64,000 nucleotides of DNA from contig NW_022985697.1 of assembly GCF_902459465.1 (NCBI RefSeq), positions 434,001 through 498,000 of the forward strand. The letters run 5' to 3'. Below, one piece after another: positions 21,401 to 33,195 of this stretch. A program made the position numbers and the translations under genes. The first letter of the stretch is position 1; each line of letters opens with the position of its first letter. The notes under the pieces are model-generated. The model did no database searches and was not told the DNA's origin. It was given only the letters and a program-made list of their open reading frames with translations. The stretch is from Asterias rubens (lineage: Eukaryota).

Positions 21401-23559
21401 TTTGTGAACCAGTGATGTACATTCTCACATGAACGAATAAATGTTTAAATTCTCCTCATTACTTGGAATGTAATTCACAAATAGACTTGATACTTCTTTC
21501 TGATTGCAATTCACAGTTCTCTGTGAGGTGTTAGTGGTTTTGACATGATCTGAGTTCTGGAACAGGGCAGTCTAAGTGCCTAGTTTCATACTCTATTACA
21601 CCATCAGAGGTCATGTGAAGACTCATTTGTCAGGCATGGATACAGTTTCACTGCCGAGATGATTCGCAAAGAAATGGGATATTATAATTTTAAGGCAATG
21701 ATGAGCAGTGTTGAGCAGATGGTTACTCTATACGCCACGAAGCCAGTTTGGTTTTCTTTCCCAAAAATCAGTGCCACTAATATGGAGTTCGATGACTGGC
21801 TTTTTTTATGTGATGAGGCTCTCCAAACAGCTTTGCTGTGATTAGGGGATTCAAAAAAACAGGGCCCAATTTCATCAGCAAAATTGCTTGCAAAAGTGTA
21901 TTTCGTTAGCGATCAATAAGATTTGACAGGGCGTGCCTGCATTTAGAGCAGATTTGCATTGTTGCGTCACTCGTCTGCTAACAAGAACCCCCGGCAAGTA
22001 AGCATGTCTTTTGCTTTGCTTCATGGTTACCGTAAGCCGTGTTTATGAAATAGAAACCGATGAACTAAAGGGCTGTTCACTATACAGAACATATCTGCTT
22101 ACAGGCTTTGTGAAACTGTCCATATAAACTGTGCAAAAAGCCACTCAGTAATTAGAAACTGTGATTACAGGCTTTGTGAGATTTGGTCAAGATGCTTTAC
22201 TGGTTGTTGCTACAAAATTTAAAGATGTATTCGCAAATTTATTGGTGAGATATGAAACGAGGGTAATTTTTACCTCAAATACTGTCAATAGTGCTCACTC
22301 TACTGACAGTGAAAGACGGGTGGGCGAGGGGGTATTGTCACCAAACATATGAGGATTTGAAGAACGTCGCTAACGGGAATCAATTTGAAGAGCTGTGTAG
22401 AAAAATGTTCCTCTCAAAATGGAAAGACATAAAGGTCATTCAGTATCTATTTTCCTAGTTCCTGTGGACAATGTAACATGAGTGATATTGAAATTAACCT
22501 TATCCAAGCTAATGATGATATAAGTAGAGAGTGCAATGGCTCCAATATTTGACATCTGATAGAAAGGTCCCCATGGGATTCAAAGCCCCCCAACCCCCCT
22601 CACTCCCCTTGAACGCAACCAACAGGTCGTACCCAGCTTGTTATGGGCGAGATTTTCCTCTCATGAAGTGACCTTTTACTGCAACATCATCTCAATATTA
22701 GATTCAATTTGAGCGTGTAGTATCAATGATACAGGGATACCCTCGGCCATTACAGACGGGAAATTAAAGCATCTGTTGTGGACCGTGTAATTCCAAAAGG
22801 AAATGACTGGTGGAGCTCTATGTTGTTACACTCAAAATATTTATTTTAGATGATTTGCCCCTGGGAAGATGACAAGAATCAAATTTGAAAGACAAACTGG
22901 TAATAGCAGGAGGTGAATCAAAAAAACAAAAACGTGAACTGCGTTTGAAGCATCATCAGCTGCTGTTTCATCATTGGAGACGCAATGAATCTAGAAGAAG
23001 AGTTGTGAAACGAGAATGAACTTCCATTTGATCGGCTGTTTCTCATGATTTGCAAGTTGAGCGTAAAGCGTGCAGGTTTTTATGTTCTTATAATCTAAAC
23101 AAATGACTGTGATGTTATAACTTTACATTCTCAGTTGTATACATTCAATAGGCTGATGTAGAAGGTAATAATTTTTACATGGTGCCTCGTCACTAAATAC
23201 TGGATTGCTTGTGGTCAATAGGTTGTGTTATTTTACGTTCTAAATATTTCATGTCATGAAATATCAGTTCTTAATTTATTACAAGACAGTTTAATCAGGT
23301 TTTGTCATGCTATGCATTTAGAGGTCTTGAGGCTATAGGACGTGGCAGTATTGTGTTATGGATACATAGGTTATTTTTTCTTTTTTTGAGATGTGCTTTT
23401 TCCGGGCAGGGCCCAAGTTCATGGCTCTACGACTGCAGATTTCTGCAACTACTACTGCCTTTCTCTGCTTACAAGGCAACTTCCAAATTTCTCTGCTAGC
23501 TGTGTAAGGGTCGAGTAGTATTTATTAATGTGAAATAAGCATGTTTGGGTGTCCGAACT

Positions 23560-24010
23560 AGGGATGTCTGAACTTCATAGGGGTGTTGGCACATAGGGGA
23601 GTTGGATTATAAGAGTGTCGGCACACAGGGGTCTCTGAATATAGGGATGTCTGAACATAGAGGTGTCGGAATATATAGAGAGTGTCAGCACATATAGGTG
23701 TGTCGGAACATAGATGTTTTAGGGGCGTCAGCACAAAGGTGTGTGAGCACAATAGGTGTGTCTGAACAAAGGTGTCGCCACATAAGGGTGTCGGCACAAT
23801 AGGTATGTCAGCACATCCCGGGTGTCAGCACATCCCGGGTGTCAGCACATAGGGGTGTCAGTACACGGGGGTCAGAATATAGGGGTGTCAGCACATAGGT
23901 GTGCCGGCACATACATGTAGAATTGTCAAACAAAGAGGACTGGGCACAAGGGAGTGTCTCAAAAAGGTGTGTCTGAATACAGGGGTGTCAGAATATACAG
24001 GTGTCAGAAC
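23560..24010. repeat. Degenerate minisatellite, ~19-bp unit (cacataggggtgtc(a/g)g)
   Basis: More than 15 same-orientation units, visible directly. Confidence 0.85.
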
Positions 24011-25385
24011 AAAGGCATTAACTGTCTTTAATGAATGCACTGATACCAATAACTATATAATGCATAAATGCATAGTACAGTTCATCAAAACAATATACAT
24101 TGCAATTAGTGGTATAAGTATGAGACCCCTCCCAAATTATTTCTTCACAATTCCACTAGTGTTGCCTGTATGTGAGCCTTGACATTAGACAGTACATGCT
24201 CAGGAAGGTAGTTAAACGAGTCTCAACCAGACCCTTCCAGCTCTATAATGAATTTGAAAATATGTAAACTGGTAAGGCATATGAAGCTCCCCAACACGCC
24301 CTCCCCACACTCGGTCCCCCCCCCCCACCCATCCCTCCTCCTTCAGCATTAGTGGTTTTACAACTGCTCTTCCAAACACCAATGATGTAATTTATCTTTG
24401 ACAATATCTGAAAGAATGTCTATTTGTTGGCATGCAGGAAAACTAAGACTTTGACCTCCAAACGAAAGGAAAAGTGCATCAATCAAGCTGTTTGTATTAC
24501 ATCAACTCTGTTAACCCTGACTCCTCATTCACAAGGTTAATTTTAACTAAAGAATTAATTAAATAAATTAAGAATTAATTTATGTTGTATTATCTCTGCA
24601 ACCCTTATGGATACAGGTTGATGGATACGGTCCCATTGTTACTGGTAAACAGACTTTCGTAGTGTCAGCTGGCCAATTTGGAAATTAATTTCAAAAAAGA
24701 GGGCTTTTTAAACTTGAACTACATAAATAGTGAGTCTCAAATGAAAGCAAATTTGCCTGACAATGGACATCAAACCATCTGCTGTATTGATTTGCTAGCC
24801 TGGCTGGTTTATAATAGTTTGTCATAAAAAGGGAAATTGTAATATGAAATTAAAAAATATACAAATTTAAGATTAGTAGAGTATGCTGTTTGAAACGTTG
24901 TGACCACATAGGTTCTTCCCAGAACCAAGACTTCTCGAGTGCACTGCTATAGTTGTTTTCTGAGAAAGTGACAGGTTTGCAACTGCTTATGATGGTTTTT
25001 ATCTTCATTTTATTTTTGTGAGGTACATGTAGACATATGGAGCACGAGTTTCAAGTCTGTATAGTTATTACAATTTGAATTGAGAATAAGCCCTTGAGAG
25101 TGTTTTCCATCAATTATAGTTGAGGGAATTCAAATTTAGGCATTAACTTGTGACTAAGCAAGTCTTTGTTAGCCTGTTAGACGTTATTCAAATAGAGTTG
25201 ACAAATGGCGTATTGAGATGGGGGTACAGGTGCAACATCTCAGTAGCCTTAGGGTTTGAGTCTGTCAACACTAAAAGCGCTTTAATAGCGTTGTGGGTAC
25301 ATCAGGGAAAATATTTGGGCAATTGTACATTTGATACAATGGAAATTGGCACACAGTCGGATTGTGTTCTTAGAAAAATAAATGG

Positions 25386-25807
25386 CAATATAAACCACAA
25401 GGGAAACTGACTGGGTAAATTTGTAAATGATTTTTGGGGTTGAACAAAGAATTGACTAGAGTGGGATTCGAACCAACGACCTCCGGATTAACGTGCCGGC
25501 ACTCTACCAACTGAGCTATCTAGCCCTATATTGGCGGTGTCCCTATTTTTTCAATATCTTTGTTCAGGGGTGCCAGTCAGAAGCCATACAACCGTTAACT
25601 GCCGTGTAGCCAGGGACCACACCCAAATTACGATACAACCTGGGAAGCGGCAGCTAGGGGATCACCTTAAGGGGATGCGACTTTTTGTTTCAGATATCAA
25701 TATAAACCACAAGGGAAACTGACTGGGTAAATTTGTAAATGATTTTTGGGGTTGAACAAAGAATTGACTAGAGCCACTTTAGTCAATTCTTTGTTCAACC
25801 CCAAAAA
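25386..25807 (-). mobile_element. 309-bp tRNA-containing repeat unit with a ~76-bp direct terminal redundancy and a terminal inverted copy
   Basis: 25386-25461 is repeated at 25695-25772; 25742-25807 forms a hairpin with ~30-bp arms. Confidence 0.75.
25453..25525 (-). pseudogene. tRNA-like sequence (GTT in anticodon position, Asn-like), probably repeat-borne rather than a functional tRNA
   Basis: 73 nt fold into a cloverleaf: acceptor GGCTAGA/TCTAGTC, D-arm GCTC-AGTTGGTA-GAGT, T-loop TTCGAAT. It has C at position 33, a 31-39 mismatch, a T-stem mismatch and no downstream T4 terminator. Confidence 0.7.
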
Positions 25808-25839
25808 TAAAAAATAAATGGCTACGGGACAATCACAGT

Positions 25840-26202
25840 TTAAAGGGTCTATATGTACTTTTGTAGGACAAAAAACAAATTGTTCACAATGAAACTTTCA
25901 CAGTTTGCAGATAATGAAAACCCTGAAAATATTGCATGCTGAGGTGCTGTTGTTTCTGAGAAATGATTAAAACAATGTCATGACAATAATTGTTGTCTCG
26001 GTGATCATGAGACGAAACTTATTTTAGCATGTAAAAATGTATTTTCTTGACATTGTTTTACTCATTTCTCAAAAAGTACAGCACCTCAGCAACTAATATT
26101 TTAAGGTCTGCTTTCTACTATCAATATCTTCAAGCGGTGTAAGTTTAATGTAAATCTATGGACATTGTGTTTTGTGTTACAAAAAGTACCCAAATCCTTT
26201 AA
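25840..26202. mobile_element. TTAA-flanked (Kolobok-like) MITE
   Basis: TTAAAGGGTCTATATGTACTTTTGT...ACAAAAAGTACCCAAATCCTTTAA. Confidence 0.7.
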
Positions 26203-26524
26203 GTAGAATGACAATAGAGGTACAATATTTGATAATTCAAAGGACAAATCTGTAATGGCCCTGTGTAAAATGCTTTTCTCATGATGTAGTCTGACTGTGT
26301 GCCAAAGTCATTAACAAAAGGCACAATTCCCCTAATAATAATATGGGGTATTTATATGGCGCTATACAAAGAACAGAGAGCTTTACAGGAGACGAGAACA
26401 AAAACACGAGTTGGGGTTGGTTTGGGAACAGGAATGTCTTCAGGAGACATTACCTGCATGTCATGTTTAACATGGTTCATCGTACCAAACAAATACTAAA
26501 TAGAATTAAACATTTCTCAACTAT

Positions 26525-26901
26525 TTAAAGGAACACGTTGCCTTGGATCAGTCGAGTTGGTCTTTGAAAAGCGTTCTGTAACCGTTTCTTATAAAATCGG
26601 TATGGTTAGAAAGATGTTGTAAAAGTAGAATACAATGATCTACACAAATACGCCTTGAAATTGCGTGGTTTTCGTTTTACCTCGTCGACAAACACGGTCG
26701 GCCATTTATGGGAGTCAAAAATTTGACTCCCATAAATGGCCGACCGTGTTAGTTCGCGAGGTAAAATGAAAACCGTGCAATTTTGAGTGATAATTGTGTG
26801 GATCATTATATTCTACTTTTAAAACATCTTTCTAACCATATGCATTTTATAACAAACGGTTTCAAACGCTTTTCCGATCCAAGGCAACGTGGTTTCTTTA
26901 A
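26525..26901. mobile_element. Foldback TTAA-flanked MITE (almost wholly palindromic)
   Basis: TTAAAGGAACACGTTGCCTTGGATC...GATCCAAGGCAACGTGGTTTCTTTAA with a central cggccatttatgggagtcaaa-aa-tttgactcccataaatggccg. Confidence 0.9.
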
Positions 26902-27592
26902 ATCATTATTCTTCCTGTAACAACAATCAAGATTCATTCAGAATTCAGATTGGACGGTTGCCATGACATTCGGCTAATGTTGCTATTTTCAGACAGTGAA
27001 GTCGTACCGTTTGAATACGACAAATCTCAGTTCAACAACCTCTATTTCAAATGCAGGCCTGGGGATAAAAACAACTAAAAATAGAGCATTATTGTCACTA
27101 GAGTACATTGTGACTTCCAAGTCACTTCATTCTCCTAGTCAATACTTTAAGATGAGTGAGTAAGACCTGCACAACTTATGTGCGAGTAAATAGAATCATC
27201 AGCTGAGTGGTCTAATGCATTGAACTCAAATAAGCCATTTGCGTGTCTAGATTTGAATACTGTCTGGTACAATGACGTGCTTTCGATCACAAGTTACCGC
27301 TACATTGGATTCCGCAGACTATCGAGACAGTTGCTATGTCACATGATTAGTGGCATACACAATTCTGAATGGATACATTTGAATACGACTTAAGTACAAG
27401 GGTTTGCTCATCTATTGCTATACAAAAGCTTGCCCCGAACCTTGACATAGCAACTATCTCTATAGTCCGAGGAATTCAAATGTTAGCAGTACATTGTGAC
27501 TCAGCAAGTCATTGTACCAGACATTCTTCAAATCTAACTAGCAAATGGTTTATTCTGATTACTGCATCACCAGAGTGTGGGTTCAATTCCTG

Positions 27593-27814
27593 GGCCCAAT
27601 TTCATAGAGCAGCTAAGCACATTAGCATGAAATTTCTTCCTTGATAAAAACAAGTTTACCAACCAAATTTCCATGTGATTTTCAAACAAAAGCTGAATAC
27701 CAGTAACAAGCACTATGTAACAAATGGAAATTTGGCTGGTAGTCCTGTTTTCATCGGGGAAGAAACTTCATGCTTAGCAAATTTGTGTGCTTAGCAGCTC
27801 TATGAAATTGGGCC
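27593..27814. mobile_element. PIF/Harbinger-like MITE with CTG target-site duplication
   Basis: CTG|GGCCCAATTTCATAGAGCAGCTAAGCAC...GTGCTTAGCAGCTCTATGAAATTGGGCC|CTG: near-perfect ~28-bp TIRs and a 3-bp CWG TSD. Confidence 0.85.
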
Positions 27815-27903
27815 CTGGTCTTGATTGTTTTGTCCTTTAAGGGAGGCACATGGATGGGCATAATTGCTTGTCTCTCCTCCCAGGTGTATATAAATGGAAA
27901 CCA

Positions 27904-28041
27904 GATAGAGATCACACAGTGTGGTGTTGGATTGATCCCTTAGTGCTTAATTCAGCAGCTTCCCAGGGAGTTGATAGAGATCACACAGTGTGGTGTTGGA
28001 TTGATCCCTTAGTGCTTAATTCAGCAGCTTCCCAGGGAGTT
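27904..28041. repeat. Exact tandem duplication, 69-bp unit x2
   Basis: gatagagatcacacagtgtggtgttggattgatcccttagtgcttaattcagcagcttcccagggagtt at 27904 and 27973. Confidence 0.95.
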
Positions 28042-28069
28042 GACAAAGCTACAAGACTGGTCAGAGTAT

Positions 28070-28242
28070 AGCCCGGTTCATACTTCCTGCGAAGCGAATT
28101 TGACGTCACAACTGTCCTTTTGCAGCGATATACGCAAGTGAGTTGCCCAGAGCTGAACTACCGGTACTGCAAAAGTCATTGCGAATGTTGTGACGTCAAC
28201 ATCCGCTTCGCATTCGCATTGGCAGGAAGTATGAACCGGGCT
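28070..28242. mobile_element. MITE with 21-bp TIRs
   Basis: AGCCCGGTTCATACTTCCTGC...GCAGGAAGTATGAACCGGGCT. Confidence 0.85.
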
Positions 28243-28849
28243 GAAGTCTGATGAGCTACAGGATAATCACGTAATGTGCTATACAAGATCCAAGTCTCAA
28301 TGTTTATAAGAAACGAAACCCGCAGGGTAATCCGTAGTCAAGAACTCACCTGTGTATGTTGCAAGCAGATTTCATATCAAAGAATGTTCCATCCTACAGA
28401 ATGTTCAATCTTACAGTCTTTTGTAAACACACCACACAACCTGTGAAAAAGATTGATTGTCACAAAGTTAGCAAAACAGTTCATTTTAGTTTTATTTATT
28501 TATTCAGGGATAATGATGGCAGCAATCAAGAATACACCAGTAATTTGTTGGGTCTTCAATTGCCATGTTAGACCAGTAGTCTGCAAACCTTTTGGCTGGA
28601 GTGAAAGGCCTGCATGACCTACCTTACAAATCACTTGCAGACTGAACCCCCCCCCCTTCTGCAGACATTATGATGTAAAACAGACAATCTTATCAAAAGT
28701 AAATTAGTTATTCATAATACATATTTGAGTGGCTCTCTTGACACCGACGCTAAAAGTTAGTGAAAAAAAACATGTTTCTGATGGTAGAACCATTGTTGGG
28801 CAATCTTTAAAACAAATCTGTTATTCTCGATATCGAGAATTGATAATTG

Positions 28850-28998
28850 TTTTAATGTTTTCTCAAAAACAAAAGCATTTCATGGAATAATATTTCAAGA
28901 GAAGTCCTCACCATTACCTTCTGTAAACCCTGTAAGTTATTTGTAAATCTGTGAACTTTTAATTTTTGCTCTGTTCAGAAAGTGTCCAATGGCTTTAA
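28850..28998. mobile_element. Right half of a TTAA-flanked MITE (as 17150-17315)
   Basis: aagcatttcatggaataatatttcaag...gaaagtgtccaatggcTTTAA. Confidence 0.7.
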
Positions 28999-29523
28999 TG
29001 TTTAAGCACTTTTGACCACAGGCAACCTACTTTACATTATATGTTTTATACAGCAGAGTTCTGTGGTAAGCAGTGCCATGAACTAGGGAGCAGTTAAACC
29101 CTTCAAGATGTCTTTGTCACACAAGTTCACTAATAGCAGCTTTTTATTGTTCAGGTAAATCTGTTGTTCTGGAAAAATTAACGTAGAAGATTGAAATTTA
29201 GCTGGCAAATCTGCTGCCACCTACATTATGTACATGTAGTGTTTCAGAATCTTACATAAGAGTGAAGGCTATGAGGGAACATAATAGGTTTGGGGAGTCA
29301 GAGACCCTGTGATGGTCTGTCAATGTGCATTTTATGTGATGTGAGTGCATTTAGACTCAACAATAACTTTACATGCAATTGACTCCCAAAGGAAGAGAGT
29401 GTACATCAGTGCAAGAGAATAAGCTTTGCTTGAAACTTTGTTACATACTCTCGTATGGTCCACATTGTCATGAGTGTACCGGTAGTACATTATACAATTG
29501 TTGCATGCTGTGGTGGGGTGACG

Positions 29524-29623
29524 GGGGTCCATGGCGTTTTGTACACCCGAGGGGGGAAAATGGCACCCGAGGCAAAGCCGTGGGTGCTATTTTCCCCCGA
29601 GGGTGTACAAACCCATGGACCCC
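29524..29623. repeat. Foldback palindrome with cccgaggcaaagccg core
   Basis: ggggtccatgg...gtacaccc.agggggaaaat.gcacc / ggtgctattttcccccgagggtgtac...ccatggacccc. Confidence 0.8.
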
Positions 29624-29654
29624 ATGGGGCCCTTGCACAGCAGGAAACATTTGT

Positions 29655-29930
29655 TTTGTTATACCCATGGTAACATTAATATTCCTCTTCTCAAAGTTCT
29701 GTTGTCATCTTCAAACATTATTACGACAGAGTATTCATTGTTTAGTAAGCAGATGAACAAGAAACAATTCCTGACTGTTCCCTCGAACCCGCGGGTGTTT
29801 CGTACACAACGCTGGAAATCAGCCAACACTGGGAACGATCAAGGAGATGTACAACATGCATTTTTGTTGCACGTCACTTGATTGGTTCTCGACCAATCAA
29901 ACTTCACAGTTTGTTACCGAGGTATAACAA
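29655..29930. mobile_element. Probable short non-autonomous element with TTGTTATACC/GGTATAACAA ends
   Basis: Inverted 10-bp ends at about 29657 and 29920; subterminal attggttctcgaccaatc hairpin. Confidence 0.4.
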
Positions 29931-31028
29931 TATCAGATGGCATTGTATGCAAATGTCCACTTATACTACGTAGTACAGTAATGAGGCTAGTCTTTTTCCA
30001 TTCCCTCCAGCCTCTCTTCGAGTGTTTCTACTTTAAGCTTCTCTTCCCTCCTCTATGATGGAAGCTGGTGCAGATATTTACATCTTGCTATAAAGGTCAT
30101 TCTACTCATTGGCTGTGATATGTAGTTTACCTCCCCACACAAGGCATTCACATAATAGCAGCTTATTCGATATTCACATCAGCCAGTGTAATTGGTATGC
30201 CATTCATTATCTTCTTCCCATCAGTATACACGCACGTGCTATTTTTGACGGCTGATCCGTCCCTCCCAGCATAATTCAGTTGGCGTGCACTGTATCATGC
30301 ATATAATGAACTGGGCCCAGAGGAGGCAGTTTTACAGGTGTTTTTGACCCTGCTAGCATGTAGGGTATTCCAGGTGATTCACCCAAGAATCATGCATGAG
30401 GGATGGATCTAGAGTGTGGTACACTTAATGACTGGCGGGGACAAGAACAAACAAATATAAAAGGATTATGTGTGTTATAAATGGTTCCTGGAATTGATGA
30501 GTTACCTAAAGAAAGAAAGTTGTGAAGAGGGTGTGGGAGCCGGTCTTTAAGAGGTTTATTTTTATCAGGATGGGGGATAGCTTTAAATTCATTTAGAATT
30601 CATAAAGGGTTTTTGAGTGTTGATCTTCTGTGATTCTCCATGCCTGGGTACTCTTAAACTTGCCAGATGTTCACATTGAAAACCGATTCTGTTTTCACTT
30701 AATGCCAACACTTCAATACTAGGTGCATGCTGGTGCATGTGTTGAGTTACTTGGGAGAACATGCTTGGTTGTGTTTTTCTCTGTGTATGAACCCTGCATT
30801 CGGACATAGTCTTCCCTGCAAATGGGTGTGGAGAATCGATAATCGTCTAGTGTCTCTCGGTTTTTTCGTTTTTCTCAGTGCACTTATGACCAGAGTCTGG
30901 GAAACCTAGAGGTGAAAGCTAAATCCTTCAACTGAATGCAATACTTCAAGTTGAGTATACGTGCACAGAAGATTTTTAATGTGCATACTTGAGTGTTTAG
31001 TGGAAATTTCTTCATCTTTTCTTGACAG

Positions 31029-31130
31029 GTTTTCAAGCCTACAGGCTATAATGCTGTTCACTGTTTTAGGATTCCTATGATGGCTGGAGGCTACCAACCG
31101 TTCCAGGAAGTTAACACGAACAAGCTCTGA
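31029..31130 (+). CDS. Weak candidate terminal exon (VFKPTGYNAVHCFRIPMMAGGYQPFQEVNTNKL*)
   Basis: Strong pyrimidine tract tttcttcatcttttcttgacAG, then 33 open codons. No homology was recognised and this length can arise by chance. Confidence 0.15.
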   Translation, partial: VFKPTGYNAVHCFRIPMMAGGYQPFQEVNTNKL

Positions 31131-31564
31131 TGTTGTAAAAGGGGCTGTTTTTCAAAAAGTATACATGTACAAGAACAAACAGAAAAGCTTAAGAACCATC
31201 ATTGACATCATAATTCACCATCTTAGATCTAAAACTATGATTAAAAGCACAACTTTGTATGCATGGCACCCAAGGTGGTCCATAAAGAGGCTTCCTTTTA
31301 CCTCTAGCTAAGGGGGCCCTACTCAACGTCATGTAAAATTATATAATGCCATCCTGTGAACACCTCAAAGCTTTTTGTTGAGCTCAGAATCCTCAAGTCA
31401 GACACTTTTTGGTACTTTTTTAATCAAGCTAAACACAAAGTGTGGCGCATAATGCTTCAGGGTGTGGATTATGCAATTTGCCCTATGTGTGTTTCTGATG
31501 AGAAGACAGGGGATCAGATTCGTAGTGTTCATCACCAACACACTGTGCATGCATGGGTGTTACC

Positions 31565-31673
31565 GGTTAACTCGGTCCCAAGCCAACTCGGTCCCAGTCA
31601 ACTCAGTCCCAAGTCAACCCGGTCCCAAGTCAACCCGGTCCCAAATCAAGTCGGTCCCAAGTCAACTCGGTCC
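31565..31673. repeat. Minisatellite, 16-17-bp unit x~6 (aactcggtcccaagtc)
   Basis: Directly visible tandem units. Confidence 0.9.
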
Positions 31674-31847
31674 TTTATTTCCTTTATTTTTTAATTATGT
31701 AATTCATACTGTTTTTATATTATTTTTTTATGAATTTTAAATGTAAGCTCACTAGTTAGATAGATTTAGATTTTATTTATTTTGTAATAATATGTTTTTA
31801 AAATTAGTACTTTTTTATATTACCGGTATGATTTATTTTTTTTATTC

Positions 31848-32087
31848 AAATCAGTATTGGCACAAAAAAGTTGTTTTATACCATTATTTGCCAAAATGGT
31901 GTGCCACTTCGAAACCAGTATTGGCCCAGAAAAAGTTGTCTATACCATTTTGTCAAAATGGCGTGGCGCTAAAAAAAAAGTATTGGCCCAGAAAAGATTG
32001 TCTATGGTGCAGCTACAAAACCAGTGTTGGCACAATAGAGGTTTTCTACCATTTTGCCAAAATGGTGTGCCGCCAACAAACCAGTAG
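31848..32087. repeat. ~60-bp degenerate tandem repeat with internal ccattttg-caaaatgg hairpin (block 1)
   Basis: accagtattggccca...ccattttgccaaaatggtgtgcc recurs about four times. Confidence 0.75.
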
Positions 32088-32419
32088 ACAGATGACAGAA
32101 AGTAAAACTTTCATTATCAGACGAAAATTCAACCAGCATTTTAACTCGTAAGTTTTTATTAATCAAATAAAAATGCAAAAAGTATATTAAATAATATATT
32201 AAATTTAAATGTAATTACTTTGCAATAAAAAAGTTCATTACAATAAAGTGTAGTTGTCCATGATAAACACAAAACATAAAAAATGAAAAAACAGCAGCAA
32301 TGAATAAATCAAATTAAAAATGCTATGTAAAAACCAATAAACTAAAAAAGGAGGTATTAATTTTAGAATTTTGTTTTATTAATAGTATTCGGTTTTTTTC
32401 AAAATGCCGGTACCATCAG

Positions 32420-32567
32420 GGGTCGATTTCACAGAGAGTTCGGCCTAGTCCTAACTTAGGACATAGTCCTTGGAGATATAAGAAACGTATGGCTAGTTCT
32501 AAGTTAGGACGATTAACTCTTCCTAACTCGAGATAAGACTAGTCTTACCTCTTTGTGAAATCCACCC
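32420..32567. mobile_element. Harbinger-like MITE with CAG TSD
   Basis: CAG|GGGTCGATTTCAC...GTGAAATCCACCC|CAG. Confidence 0.85.
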
Positions 32568-32639
32568 CAGCTTCAATAAATAACTTGCATGGGCTAATTC
32601 CTTTTTAAATATCAAGTCGGTTTAGTCATTAGAACATAT

Positions 32640-32935
32640 TTCTTTACCGTTTTGCCAAAGCCAGTATTGGCATGATTGGCCCCGAAAAGGTTTTCTATAA
32701 TGACACCATTTTGACAAAAAATGGTGTGCAGCTACAAAACCAGTATTGGCTCAATGAGAGGTTTTCTGCCTGTTTTCCCAAATGGTGTGCCACAAAACCA
32801 GTATTGGACCACTGCAGGTTTTCTACCACTTTCCCAAAATGGTGCACCGCTACAAAACCAGCATTGGCCCATTAAAGGTTCATAATTTTGCCGAAACGTT
32901 GTGCCGCACAAAACCAATATTGGCCAAGACAGGCA
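32640..32935. repeat. ~60-bp degenerate tandem repeat (block 2, same family as 31848)
   Basis: aaaatggtgtgc.gctacaaaaccagtattgg recurs about five times. Confidence 0.75.
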
Positions 32936-33195
32936 AACCTCCGTCCTAACTAAAATAGTTTGCCTCTATAAAACCGACATTGGCCCAGTGTGGGCACTTT
33001 ACTAGCAAGGACATGACGCTTGACCGGAAGAAGGCCAGCACTGGCCCAATTCTGGCTCAATATCATCATCATAATTAACGGCACCGTATCGAAACTCAAC
33101 GCCGGTACATGCCACCATTGGCCCGATACTGTATTGTTTGTTAGGCTATAACTGAAAAAAGGTTTGTACATAGGTTGTGAAGTTCCTGGGATATT

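Larger units (their letters stand above)
27555..28065 (+). mobile_element. tRNA-derived SINE split by a MITE and carrying a 69-bp internal duplication
   Basis: Head catcaccagagtgtgggttcaattcc; the body resumes ggtcttga...ttgtcc, then ctctcctcccaggtgtataaatgg. Confidence 0.65.

Noticed and set aside
21602-21841. Plus-strand open frame ...HGYSFTAEMIRKEMGYYNFKAMM...
   Set aside because: The acceptor is weak, no homology was recognised, and the length is within chance expectation.
25453-25525. Functional tRNA-Asn(GTT) gene
   Set aside because: It has C33 instead of U33, mismatches in the anticodon and T stems, no T4 terminator, and it is embedded in a repeated unit. Recorded as tRNA-like only.
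29373-29881. Cluster of overlapping ORFs up to 127 aa
   Set aside because: They coincide with a GC-rich foldback palindrome; open frames on both strands are expected from composition.
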